64,000 bases of DNA from Polyangiaceae bacterium. Lineage in GTDB: Bacteria > Myxococcota_A > Polyangia > Polyangiales > Polyangiaceae. A program made the position numbers and the translations under genes. The notes under the pieces are model-generated. The model was not told the DNA's origin. It did not search any database and worked only from the letters and a program-made list of their open reading frames with translations. This document shows positions 17,605 through 26,826 of the stretch, in pieces (within the stretch, counting starts at the first letter, position 1; every line of letters begins with the position of its first letter). Location of the stretch: the NCBI GenBank assembly GCA_050287085.1, contig JBNKBE010000011.1, positions 1 through 64,000 on the forward strand. Direction: 5' to 3'.

Positions 17605-20172
17605 TCATTCGTCGCGGGTGATCTCGGTAGCGGCCATGTCTTCCACCTCGCCGACGGTCGTCGGCTCTGTACCGGCAAGAAACAACTCGCTGCGAGTCGT
17701 CTCGCTGCTCGGCGCGGGCAAGAGACCGGTGACAGGATCCACAACCACCGAGAGCACGCCCGGCGGACGGGCGAAGCGCGTCAAGGGTCGCCCCGCGTGG
17801 GCGGTCTTCATGAAGTCCACCCACGCCGGCAGAGCCGTGCGCGCGCCGGATTCGGCGCGTCCCAGCGGCAAGCCATCGTCGTACCCGACCCAGACCGCCG
17901 CCACCAGATCCGTGGTGTAGCCTACGAACCACGCGTCGCGCGCCTTATTGGTCGTTCCGGTCTTGCCTGCGGCGTCACGCCCGAGGGCGCGAGCCGCCTG
18001 CCCCGTACCCTCATCGACAACGCTGCGGAGCAATGATGTAACAATAAACGCCTCCGCCGAAGTCATGACCGCTTCCGCGGCCGGCTGCGACTGCGCCAAT
18101 TCCTTCTGTTGCGGCCCAGTGATACGCTGGAAGAATCGAGGGCTTCCGCCGTGCCCACCATTGGCAAACGCCACGTAGGCGTTCGCCAATTCGAGCGGAG
18201 TTACCTCATAGGACCCGAGCGCCAACGATAGATCGGGCTGCAACGGAGCCGTAATGCCCAGCGCCCTTGCAAACTCCACGACGGCCGTCGGCCGGGCGTG
18301 GCGCAACGCCACTTGGGCTGCTTCATTATTGCTGTGGGCCACGGCGTCGCGCACCGAAATGGATAACGGCCCCTGCTCCGGCACGCCGTGCCCGCGCCGC
18401 GAAACGGGGAGCCTAGTGGCCGCCGTCAAGTGTCGCCCGCGAATGCCCTGTCCGTAGACAAAAGCCTTGAAGGTTGAGCCGGGCTGGCGCGACATCTGGG
18501 TCACGCGATCCAAAGCCCCTGCCATCGCCTCATAGCTCCCCACCAAGGCCAGCACTTCTCGCGAGCGAGCGTCAATGGCAACCAACGCCGATTCCGGACC
18601 CAATTCCAAGCGGAGACGTCCGGGCTCGCCGTGCTCAGGGAGTTCCTGAAAGCTCACTCGAAGAGCCGCCCCCTTCCGAGTGAAGCTCGAAGGCTTCAGC
18701 CGATTCGGATTGTAACGCGGTTGCTCCGACAGCAAGACCTGGCCCTTCAAGGCCCCGACCCGAACATCGATCGTTCCGGCGGCATCGTCCACGTCTTCGA
18801 CCACGCCGGTGTAGGCGCGGTAACGCTGCGGCGTCCCTTCGAAGGGCTGAGGCCACAATGGATGCTTCGCTTCTTTGTAGGGCGGCTGCAGACGATGACG
18901 CGCCATGTAGTCGTCGATATTGCGACGCACAGCCGCCCGTGCCGCCGCCTGGAGCTGAGGATCGATGGTGGTGTGCACGGTGAAACCGCCGCTCTCAGCC
19001 TCGTCGGGAGCGAGCTTCCTGATTTCACGTTTGGCTAGTTCCACAACTTCCGGCACCAGCTTGCTCTCGGCCTCTTCGGCGGGCGCCAAGCGCAATGGTC
19101 GGTCCTTCACCTGCGCGTACAGCTCGGGGACGACAAACCCCTTCTTCAGCATCTGCTCGAGGACGAATGCGCGGCGGCGCAGGGCAAGCTTGGGGTGTTT
19201 GCGCGGAGAATAGTGCTCCGGCGAGGCTACCAACCCCGCCAAAGTCGCAGCTTCGTGCAGCAGAAGCGACTTAGCGGGTTTGCCAAAGTAATAGCGCGCC
19301 GCCTCCTCGATGCCGTAGCGCCCGTGCCCCAAGTAGATGTGGTTGAGGTACAACCACAAGATCTCTTCCTTGGATAAGGACTGTTCGAGCCGCCGGGTCA
19401 GGAGCAACTCCCGAAGCTTCCGAGAAAAGGTCCGGGAGGAATCAAGCAGAACGTTCTTGACGACTTGCTGCGTGATCGTGCTGCCCCCCTGAACCATCTT
19501 TCCGGCGCGGAGATTCGCGAACATGGCGCGCCCAATGCCCCAATAGTTGAGCCCCTGATGCTCGAAGAAGTGGGCGTCTTCCGCGGCCAAGAAAGCCAAC
19601 TTCAGCGCATCCGGCACCTCTTCGTAGGCAATGACGGTGCGACGCTCGACGAAGACGCTCGTGAGCAAGGTGTCGTCTCGGGCCAGCACCCGCGTCACCT
19701 GCGGTGGGGCATAACCTTCTTTGAGTTGTGCAACGCTCGGCAACCCCTCGGAGTAGTGGCGAACGAGACCGACGGCCACGCCCCCCGCGGCCAGAACCGA
19801 AAGCAAAAAAGCTGCGCCCAATCCCCATCCAAGCCGAGCCCAGAAACGAGTGCTCGCTCGCGGCTGTTTAGAGTGACTCGATTCTGCGGCGCTGTCCGCG
19901 ACAGATGACCACGACGCCGGGCTCGCGGGTGCGCCATGCGGTGCTGGCGGTTGGACGCCGAGCCCCGGCAAGCTAGCGCGGCGTCGACGCGTCGGCAGAA
20001 CCCGAGGCGCGGGTTCTGTATCGTCCACGCCCACAGCAGCCAACGTTTGACGCGCCTCGGACAGCGCCGGCGCGACCGCCGCCTCTCGGGGCTCCGAATG
20101 AACTCTATCGTCGGAAGGAACCTGCGTCTGCTCGCCCAGTGGACGCCGCGACGTACGCCGAAGTGAAGCCAT
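17605..20172 (-). CDS. mrcA: Class A penicillin-binding protein (PBP1A family)
   Basis: EDAHFFEHQG, GGSTITQQ, RKLRE; STFK, SNN, KTG. Confidence 0.93.
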   Translation of the reverse strand: MASLRRTSRRPLGEQTQVPSDDRVHSEPREAAVAPALSEARQTLAAVGVDDTEPAPRVLPTRRRRASLPGLGVQPPAPHGAPASPASWSSVADSAAESSHSKQPRASTRFWARLGWGLGAAFLLSVLAAGGVAVGLVRHYSEGLPSVAQLKEGYAPPQVTRVLARDDTLLTSVFVERRTVIAYEEVPDALKLAFLAAEDAHFFEHQGLNYWGIGRAMFANLRAGKMVQGGSTITQQVVKNVLLDSSRTFSRKLRELLLTRRLEQSLSKEEILWLYLNHIYLGHGRYGIEEAARYYFGKPAKSLLLHEAATLAGLVASPEHYSPRKHPKLALRRRAFVLEQMLKKGFVVPELYAQVKDRPLRLAPAEEAESKLVPEVVELAKREIRKLAPDEAESGGFTVHTTIDPQLQAAARAAVRRNIDDYMARHRLQPPYKEAKHPLWPQPFEGTPQRYRAYTGVVEDVDDAAGTIDVRVGALKGQVLLSEQPRYNPNRLKPSSFTRKGAALRVSFQELPEHGEPGRLRLELGPESALVAIDARSREVLALVGSYEAMAGALDRVTQMSRQPGSTFKAFVYGQGIRGRHLTAATRLPVSRRGHGVPEQGPLSISVRDAVAHSNNEAAQVALRHARPTAVVEFARALGITAPLQPDLSLALGSYEVTPLELANAYVAFANGGHGGSPRFFQRITGPQQKELAQSQPAAEAVMTSAEAFIVTSLLRSVVDEGTGQAARALGRDAAGKTGTTNKARDAWFVGYTTDLVAAVWVGYDDGLPLGRAESGARTALPAWVDFMKTAHAGRPLTRFARPPGVLSVVVDPVTGLLPAPSSETTRSELFLAGTEPTTVGEVEDMAATEITRDE

Positions 20173-20181
20173 GGATAGGGT

Positions 20182-21324
20182 CTACTTGGAAAACACCAAC
20201 AGTCCAAAGACAGCCAGGGTGGCCCCAAGCAGGACGCAGGCGACCCCCACCAAGATCAGAAGGAGCGTCCCGCGTCGCTGCGGCGCGCTTCCCAGCGCTA
20301 GCTCAGAGCGCGTTCGATAAACCGCCGTCGGTGAAGGCGACCCCTGGGACGTGTGAATCGGAAGGGAGGAAGGTAGCCCCGGAGGCGGTACCGATACTGC
20401 AGACATCTGGAAAATGGCATCTAGCCGCGGCGCCGATGCGCCCGCGTAAGGACGCAACGCCATGGCAAAGTCGATGGCGCGCTGATAACGTCGCTGCGGG
20501 TTCTTGGCCAACGCGCGCTCGATAACCTCACTCAGGCCCAACGGAAAGGTAGTCCCCGGGACGCGCTCGTCCAACGGAACCGGCGCGGCGACCACATGAC
20601 GCTGAATGTATTCCATCGGGGTGCGAGCGTCGAACGGGAGCTTGCCGGTCAGCGCTTCGTACAGGATGACAGCCAAGGAATAGATGTCACTGCGAGCATC
20701 GAGCGTCTGCCCCTGCGCCTGCTCGGGAGACATGAACTCCGGCGTACCGAACACCATGCCCTCCTGAGTCAGCTGGATCGACCCGGGACGCATCTGCTGT
20801 TCAGTGACCTTGGCTAGACCGAAGTCGAGAACCTTTGGGTAGTCCGCAACTTCACCCTGCCGGCATAGGAAGATGTTCTCCGGCTTCATGTCGCGATGCA
20901 CGATGCCCATATCGTGGGCCTCCTGAAGCGCCCCGCACGCCTGGATCAAAATCGTCACGGCGCGCTCCACGGAAAACGGCCCCTCGCGCTTCACCGCGCG
21001 ATTGAGGTTCCGCCCCTCGAGGTACTCCATAACGATGTAAAGCGAGCCCGCCCCCTCCTCTTCCGACAGCTGTCCGAACGTGAATACCTTGACGGTATTG
21101 GGATGGGTCAACTGGCTCATCGCCGTCGCTTCGCGCCGAAAACGCGAGGCCAGATCCCGCCGCCCAACCAGCTTTGGATGCAGAATCTTGATCGCCACCG
21201 GGCGGTTCATCTGCACCTGGGTCGCCTGGTAGACAGAACCCATACCACCCGTTCCAATCTTCTTGGTGATGTGGAACTGACCCCCAAGGATGGTGCGATC
21301 GAGGAAGGGATCTGCCGGTGGCAT
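20182..21324 (-). CDS. Ser/Thr protein kinase with C-terminal TM helix
   Basis: GTGGMGSVY, VAIK, HRDMKPEN, DFG, GTPEFMSPE. Confidence 0.95.
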   Translation of the reverse strand: MPPADPFLDRTILGGQFHITKKIGTGGMGSVYQATQVQMNRPVAIKILHPKLVGRRDLASRFRREATAMSQLTHPNTVKVFTFGQLSEEEGAGSLYIVMEYLEGRNLNRAVKREGPFSVERAVTILIQACGALQEAHDMGIVHRDMKPENIFLCRQGEVADYPKVLDFGLAKVTEQQMRPGSIQLTQEGMVFGTPEFMSPEQAQGQTLDARSDIYSLAVILYEALTGKLPFDARTPMEYIQRHVVAAPVPLDERVPGTTFPLGLSEVIERALAKNPQRRYQRAIDFAMALRPYAGASAPRLDAIFQMSAVSVPPPGLPSSLPIHTSQGSPSPTAVYRTRSELALGSAPQRRGTLLLILVGVACVLLGATLAVFGLLVFSK

Positions 21325-21396
21325 CGCCGGAAACTAGCCCAGACCTCTCAAGAAGGCTACCGTCGCACGCGCACGAGCGCACACCGGCAAGCTAGC

Positions 21397-22164
21397 ATGA
21401 CGCAAGAGGCATTGGGATTACGGAGCAGCTTGCTCGAGTCGGCGGGGTTCAAGCACGCATTCTTCACGCGTCACGGCGGGTGTTCCACCGGAGAGTATCA
21501 ATCGCTGAACTTCTCGTACGCGGTGGGTGACGAGCCGAACGCTGTCGACGAGAACTTCGCTCGGGCAGGCCGGTCACTGGGGCTCTCCGCCGAACGGCTC
21601 TATTTCTTGGCGCAGGTACATGGGGCCACGGCTATCGACTTGGAAACGGGCGCAGCGGCAACGCGCGCGGAGCTAATGCACGTGCAAGGCGATGCCTTGG
21701 TATCAGGGGATGCATCCGCGGCATGCTGCGTTCGCACCGCAGATTGCCTCCCGATACTGGTGGCCGACCAATCCACCGGCCGCGTCGCGGCCATCCATGC
21801 GGGCTGGCGGGGCTTGGTGGGTGGCGTCATCCCCTCTGCCCTGGTGCAGCTCGGGGGCGACCCTCGGAACTGCCTTGCCGCGATCGGCCCGCATATCACG
21901 GTGCAACACTTCGAAGTGTCGGACGAAGTAGCCCGCGAACTAGCGCAGTGTTCGCCGGCGCTCAACGTCGTTCGTCGCGGCGATCCTCGACCATTCGTGG
22001 ACCTGGAGGCCGTCGCCCGAGCTCATCTGCTTCACGGCGGACTGGCCGCCGCAGCGATCGACCGCGTGGGGGGATGTACGTACGCGGACTCCGTCGACTA
22101 TTTCTCATTCCGCCGCCAGGGTCGCCAGAGCGGTCGCCATCTGAGCGCCATCGTCCCGCGCTAG
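21397..22164 (+). CDS. pgeF: PgeF/YfiH family protein
   Basis: FFTRHGG, QVHG, TADCLPIL, AIHAGWRG, AIGPHI, YFSFRR. Confidence 0.93.
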   Translation: MTQEALGLRSSLLESAGFKHAFFTRHGGCSTGEYQSLNFSYAVGDEPNAVDENFARAGRSLGLSAERLYFLAQVHGATAIDLETGAAATRAELMHVQGDALVSGDASAACCVRTADCLPILVADQSTGRVAAIHAGWRGLVGGVIPSALVQLGGDPRNCLAAIGPHITVQHFEVSDEVARELAQCSPALNVVRRGDPRPFVDLEAVARAHLLHGGLAAAAIDRVGGCTYADSVDYFSFRRQGRQSGRHLSAIVPR

Positions 22165-22277
22165 GGCCTCCGCCCCCGGAGCCAAGCGAACTGACCGGTC
22201 AGAAGATCCTTTTTTAGCCTAGAGGCCAAGCTCCGCTATGGTGTCAGACGGAGCTGCTGTAGTCACAAAGGAAGACA

Positions 22278-23813
22278 ATGTCACAAGACTTCTCATCCAC
22301 TTCCGGGGACGGGCCGGGCGACTTGTGGCTCGTCAGTTATGGGGACACCGACGACCGAGAACTGACCAGTGCACAGATTGCCCGTGCACTGGCTCGCAAA
22401 GAGATCACCCGTAACACCATCGTGTGGCGGGACGGAATGCCCGAGTGGCTCCCCATCTCCGCGATTCCGAGCCTCGCTTTGGCCGTGGCCCAAGCCCCGC
22501 GTCCCGAGAAGCAGAAGACCGTGATGGGTGGATTTGCTGCGGCACCGAGCGTCCCAAGCTCCGGACCCGAGGCGACGCCAGCGGCCACGACGTCGCCCGT
22601 CGAAGACCTAGACTCGGCCGTGCTCGAGTCACTGGTCGACGTCGAACCTCCCGAAGCGGAAGAGGATGCGATCACCCGACAGTTGCCGGACCTGCGGGTC
22701 CTGGCTCCAACAGAACAGCGGCTCGCTCCTCAAGGCGCTGAAAGTGTTGCCGAGCAAGCCGAAGAGCTGCAGCCCGAGTCATTGCCGTCGGCGATCCTCG
22801 AAAGCACCGTCGAGCCCCTGGGCGCGGACGAGCTCCCGACCAACGAAGACAATCCCATTCCCGCCGCGCCATTCGACGCGGAGATTCCTCCGTCGAGCGG
22901 CAGCATGCTCGAGAGCGATGCCCCCACCGACGCACGGGTCACGGCCGATCCCGAACCGCTCAAGCCCGCGGCTGGCCCGGCTTTGGACAGACCCGCGGCC
23001 TACGCACCACGTGGCCAGCACGCCTCCCCACCTGCGACCGCCTCGCTCTCCCAGGCCACGCAGCACGCCCCGATCGCCGGCTCCGGCCTCAACACGGCCG
23101 TGCAGCAAGCGGATCCATTGCGCGCGCCCTCGCCTTGGGCGGAACGCATCTCGGCTCCCCCTCCTGAACCGGAACGCAGCAAGCTGCCGTGGATCCTTCT
23201 GATCTTGTTGCTGCTTGCCGGCGTGGGGGGCGGGGCGTTCTGGCTGGGCCGAAGCAGCGTAGCGGAACGAGCGGCCCGAGCCTCGAGGTCCGAGCCGATC
23301 CCCCCGCCGCCGGCCCCCAGCATCACGCAGCCCGTTCCAGCGCCCAGCGCAAGCTCGAGCGTAGCGGCGGAACCAGAAGAATCAGAAGCTGCCGCGGAGG
23401 AGCCGAGCACGGCGCCGCCAGCGGCTCAGGAGTCCCCCGCGCCAGCCTCGCGAAGAGTACAACCGGCGGAGCGGAAACGGAGCGCTCCGACGCCTCCGCC
23501 CCAGGAGGAAGAGGAGCCCGAACCCGCACCCGCGCCCGTTGTCGGCGAGTTCGACCGCAACGCCGCGGCTCGCGCCCTCAATCTCGCCGCAGCCAAGGCG
23601 TCCTCCTGTCGCAAAGAGGGTGACCCGAGTGGCATGGCCAACGTGTCGATTATTTTCGGGACCTCCGGAAGCGCAGAGCGCGCCACCATCAGCGGCCCCC
23701 CGTTTTCCGGTACGGCCACTGGTGGCTGCATCGCCGAACAAATGCGCAGTGCTAGTGTACCTCCCTTCGTGGGGGCGCGCGTCACGGTGAAGAAGCGGGT
23801 CGTGATCCAGTAG
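22278..23813 (+). CDS. GYF_2 (DUF4339) membrane protein with long Pro/acidic linker
   Basis: TIVWRDGMPEWLPI, one TM helix, C-terminal domain with two Cys. Confidence 0.8.
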   Translation: MSQDFSSTSGDGPGDLWLVSYGDTDDRELTSAQIARALARKEITRNTIVWRDGMPEWLPISAIPSLALAVAQAPRPEKQKTVMGGFAAAPSVPSSGPEATPAATTSPVEDLDSAVLESLVDVEPPEAEEDAITRQLPDLRVLAPTEQRLAPQGAESVAEQAEELQPESLPSAILESTVEPLGADELPTNEDNPIPAAPFDAEIPPSSGSMLESDAPTDARVTADPEPLKPAAGPALDRPAAYAPRGQHASPPATASLSQATQHAPIAGSGLNTAVQQADPLRAPSPWAERISAPPPEPERSKLPWILLILLLLAGVGGGAFWLGRSSVAERAARASRSEPIPPPPAPSITQPVPAPSASSSVAAEPEESEAAAEEPSTAPPAAQESPAPASRRVQPAERKRSAPTPPPQEEEEPEPAPAPVVGEFDRNAAARALNLAAAKASSCRKEGDPSGMANVSIIFGTSGSAERATISGPPFSGTATGGCIAEQMRSASVPPFVGARVTVKKRVVIQ

Positions 23814-24100
23814 GGGCCGGCGGATGGGAAAGTCAGTCGCGAGCCGGCCGCGACCGGCGCGATGGGCCCGAAGCAGCAACTCATGGCCACGCGCGTCCAA
23901 TAGGCGGTTGTGCTCACATCCGAAATCGCTCGAAGGCCGGTAGTGACTCGCGTTTGGCTACCGGAACGGGGTGGTCAACGCGCAGCCCCCTCGCTATAGC
24001 GCCTGGTTGTACAGCGGGGAGCCACGGGCCGCGCTCTCGCGACGCGGTGTGGGCTCCGCACCGTCACACACTCTCTCCCTAGTTGATAGGATCGCATACA

Positions 24101-25219
24101 ATGACATCTCCCACTGCTCAGACACGGGCTCATGAGGTCTCCAAACAGTTTGGTCAGAGCCTCTGGTACGACAACGTCAAACGCTCCGAGCTGCAGGACG
24201 GAACGTTCGCCAAGCTGATCGCCAGCGGCGTTCGCGGTTGCACCAGCAATCCGAGCATATTTCACAAGGCCATCGTCGGTTCGTCCGACTACGACGCCTC
24301 GCTCAAGAGCCTGGCAGAGGCGGGTAATAGTAGCGACGAGATCTACTACTGCCTAGTGAGCGACGACATCCGCTCGGCCGCAGATCAACTCAAGCCAGTA
24401 TACGACGCGTCGGAGGGCGAAGACGGCTTCATCAGCGTTGAGGTGCTCCCCAAGCACCAAGACGATCATGAGGCAACGGTGGCGGAAGCTGTGGCCCTTC
24501 GAGGCCGCATCGGCCGCGACAACGTGATGATCAAAGTGCCGGCAACGGAGGCGGGTCTCGTCGCGCTGACCGAGCTCACGGCGCGCGGAGTCTCGGTCAA
24601 TGTCACCCTCATCTTCTCCGTGAAGCAATACGAGCAAGTGGCCAACGCCTACCTCGCGGGGCTAGAAAAAGCACTCCAGAATGGCGTGGATCTCAGCAAG
24701 ATCGCGTCGGTAGCCAGTGTCTTCGTCAGCCGAGTTGACGCCCGAGTCGATCCAGCGCTGACGGCTGCTGGTAAACCCGAACTCGCCGGAACTGCGGCAT
24801 TGGCCAACGCCAAGCGCGCATATCAGCAATACCTCGGACTATTCGCGTCAGAACGCTTCGCGCCGTTGAAGGCTGCCGGGGCTCGTCCACAGCGCTTGTT
24901 ATGGGCGTCAACCGGAACAAAGAATCCGGATTTCAAAGACACCCTCTACGTAGACGCGTTGATCGGGCCGCAGACGGTCAACACCCTGCCGCCAGCCACC
25001 CTCGCTGCGTTTCTCGATCATGGCACCGCCTCCGAGACGCTCACCGCGAACCTGCCCCAGGCAAGCGCCCATCTCGAAGCCATTGGGCAAGCTGGAATCG
25101 ATCTGCAGAGCGTGTGTGATGAGCTCATGGCGGAAGGCTTGGCGGCCTTCTCGACATCGATGGACGAGCTGATGTCCGATCTCGAGCGGCGACGAGTCGA
25201 GTACAGCTCGGAGTCCTGA
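24101..25219 (+). CDS. tal: Transaldolase
   Basis: GQSLWYDN, TSNPSIF, MIKVPAT, VNVTLIFS, FVSRVD, QRLLWASTGTK. Confidence 0.97.
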   Translation: MTSPTAQTRAHEVSKQFGQSLWYDNVKRSELQDGTFAKLIASGVRGCTSNPSIFHKAIVGSSDYDASLKSLAEAGNSSDEIYYCLVSDDIRSAADQLKPVYDASEGEDGFISVEVLPKHQDDHEATVAEAVALRGRIGRDNVMIKVPATEAGLVALTELTARGVSVNVTLIFSVKQYEQVANAYLAGLEKALQNGVDLSKIASVASVFVSRVDARVDPALTAAGKPELAGTAALANAKRAYQQYLGLFASERFAPLKAAGARPQRLLWASTGTKNPDFKDTLYVDALIGPQTVNTLPPATLAAFLDHGTASETLTANLPQASAHLEAIGQAGIDLQSVCDELMAEGLAAFSTSMDELMSDLERRRVEYSSES

Positions 25220-25282
25220 TCGCGATTTCTGGGGCTCCCGCACCCTTGCTCGCGGCGACGAAACGTACCATGTTCGGCGCGT

Positions 25283-25993
25283 ATGATCATCGCAAGCCTC
25301 GGGCTCGGGCGCCTCGGTTCCATCGTCCTGTCTTCTCGTAGAGCAATGCTAGCGCCGGTGCTGCTCGTTGCTCTTGCTCCCGCTTGCAGTCGCAGCGACG
25401 ACACTTTGGCGCAGGCTGAAGCGGCGCAGGTTTCAGCGCCGGAGAAGGGCGCAGCGACCGCAGCGGTAACGGCGCCCGCAGCGCCGGAGAAGGGCGCAGC
25501 GACCGCAGAGACCGCAGCGTCCGCAGAGACCGCAGCGGTAACGGCAGCGCTCGCGGCTCAGTTGCGCGCCGTCAAGGGCGCAGCGAGCACCCAAGAAGCG
25601 TCCCCCACCGTTGGTGGCGCCGGCAAAGCCACCGGCACAACAGGCCCGGCCGTTAGGGGTGAGGGGTTTGAGGCGTTCCTACGAGCCACGGGCCCCATAG
25701 TCGTCGGTAAGCCCGCTCCAGTTGAAGTCGTCCTGCATGCCAGCGCCCCCTTCAAGTGCAACGACAAGTACCCCTATAAGTTCGCTCTCAACGCCGAAAC
25801 AGGCGTTCCTGAAGGCGTCTTCCGCGACATGAAAGTCCACAAGAAAGAAGGCGTATTGGCCGTTCCCTTCGTTCCCGATCGCGCCGGCGCCACCGAGATC
25901 GCCGGTACTCTGAGCTTCTCCGTATGCACGGATGACAAGTGCCTCGTCGATCGCGCGGAACTCAAACTTCCGGCCACCATCGCTAGCAATTGA
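25283..25993 (+). CDS. Hypothetical lipoprotein with Ala-rich repeats and C-terminal Ig-like domain
   Basis: Signal ending [18 protein letters not shown]. Confidence 0.7.
   Translation: MIIASLGLGRLGSIVLSSRRAMLAPVLLVALAPACSRSDDTLAQAEAAQVSAPEKGAATAAVTAPAAPEKGAATAETAASAETAAVTAALAAQLRAVKGAASTQEASPTVGGAGKATGTTGPAVRGEGFEAFLRATGPIVVGKPAPVEVVLHASAPFKCNDKYPYKFALNAETGVPEGVFRDMKVHKKEGVLAVPFVPDRAGATEIAGTLSFSVCTDDKCLVDRAELKLPATIASN
25434..25545 (+). repeat. Intragenic direct repeats
   Basis: 30-bp CAGCGCCGGAGAAGGGCGCAGCGACCGCAG at 25434 and 25479; ACCGCAGCGGTAACGGC at 25457 and 25529. Confidence 0.85.
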
Positions 25994-26000
25994 GCACGCC

Positions 26001-26675
26001 GTGGACGGAATCAAATACGATGACAGGGGCTTGGTCGTAGCCGTTGCCCAAGATGAGCTGACGGGCGAGGTACGAATGGTGGCGTGGATGAACGCCGAAG
26101 CTCTCGCCACTACTTTGCGAACGGGCAAAGCCACCTTCTTTAGCCGTTCGCGCGGCACCCTCTGGACCAAAGGAGAAACCAGCGGCAACACACTGTGGGT
26201 AAGTTCCGTACAGCGGGATTGCGACGGCGATACGTTGCTGCTGCGCGTGAGAGCTTCCGGACCCAGTTGCCATACCGGTCGACCCACCTGCTTTTTCCAG
26301 GCCCTCGACGAGCGGGGCGAGACAGGCCCCGAAATGTCTCTGCCGGAAGGCTCTTTTCTAACTCAGCTCGAAAGTGAAATCGCGACGCGAGCGGCTGGCA
26401 GCACTGCAGAAAAGAGCTACACAAAGTATCTGCTTGCCGGAGCACCGGAGCGCGTGTGCGACAAGGTCAAGGAAGAAGCTGCCGAGCTCTGTGAAGCGCT
26501 TCAAGGCGAGTCAGATGAACGCGTCTGCTCCGAAACGGCCGATTTGCTCTATCACGTACTGGTCGGGCTCCGCGCACGAGACATTAGCCTGCGAGCGGTT
26601 ATTGAAGTCCTCGCCGCGCGTTCGGGCGTAAGCGGTCACGTCGAAAAAGCGAGTCGTCCGAGCCTCGCGAAGTAG
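26001..26675 (+). CDS. hisIE: Bifunctional phosphoribosyl-AMP cyclohydrolase / phosphoribosyl-ATP pyrophosphatase
   Basis: [51 protein letters not shown]. Confidence 0.96.
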   Translation: MDGIKYDDRGLVVAVAQDELTGEVRMVAWMNAEALATTLRTGKATFFSRSRGTLWTKGETSGNTLWVSSVQRDCDGDTLLLRVRASGPSCHTGRPTCFFQALDERGETGPEMSLPEGSFLTQLESEIATRAAGSTAEKSYTKYLLAGAPERVCDKVKEEAAELCEALQGESDERVCSETADLLYHVLVGLRARDISLRAVIEVLAARSGVSGHVEKASRPSLAK

Positions 26676-26826
26676 ACGCAGCGCAAACGGGCTCGGCGTG
26701 TTTCGCCGGGGTACCCTCGCGGGCCTGGGCCGCGTCAAAAATGTCGGCGCCCCGCAATCGGGTTGGCCTTCGAGGCTCAGCTGCTACGCTTTTCGGACAC
26801 GTCTCCCAAACTGTCCGACAATTCCC

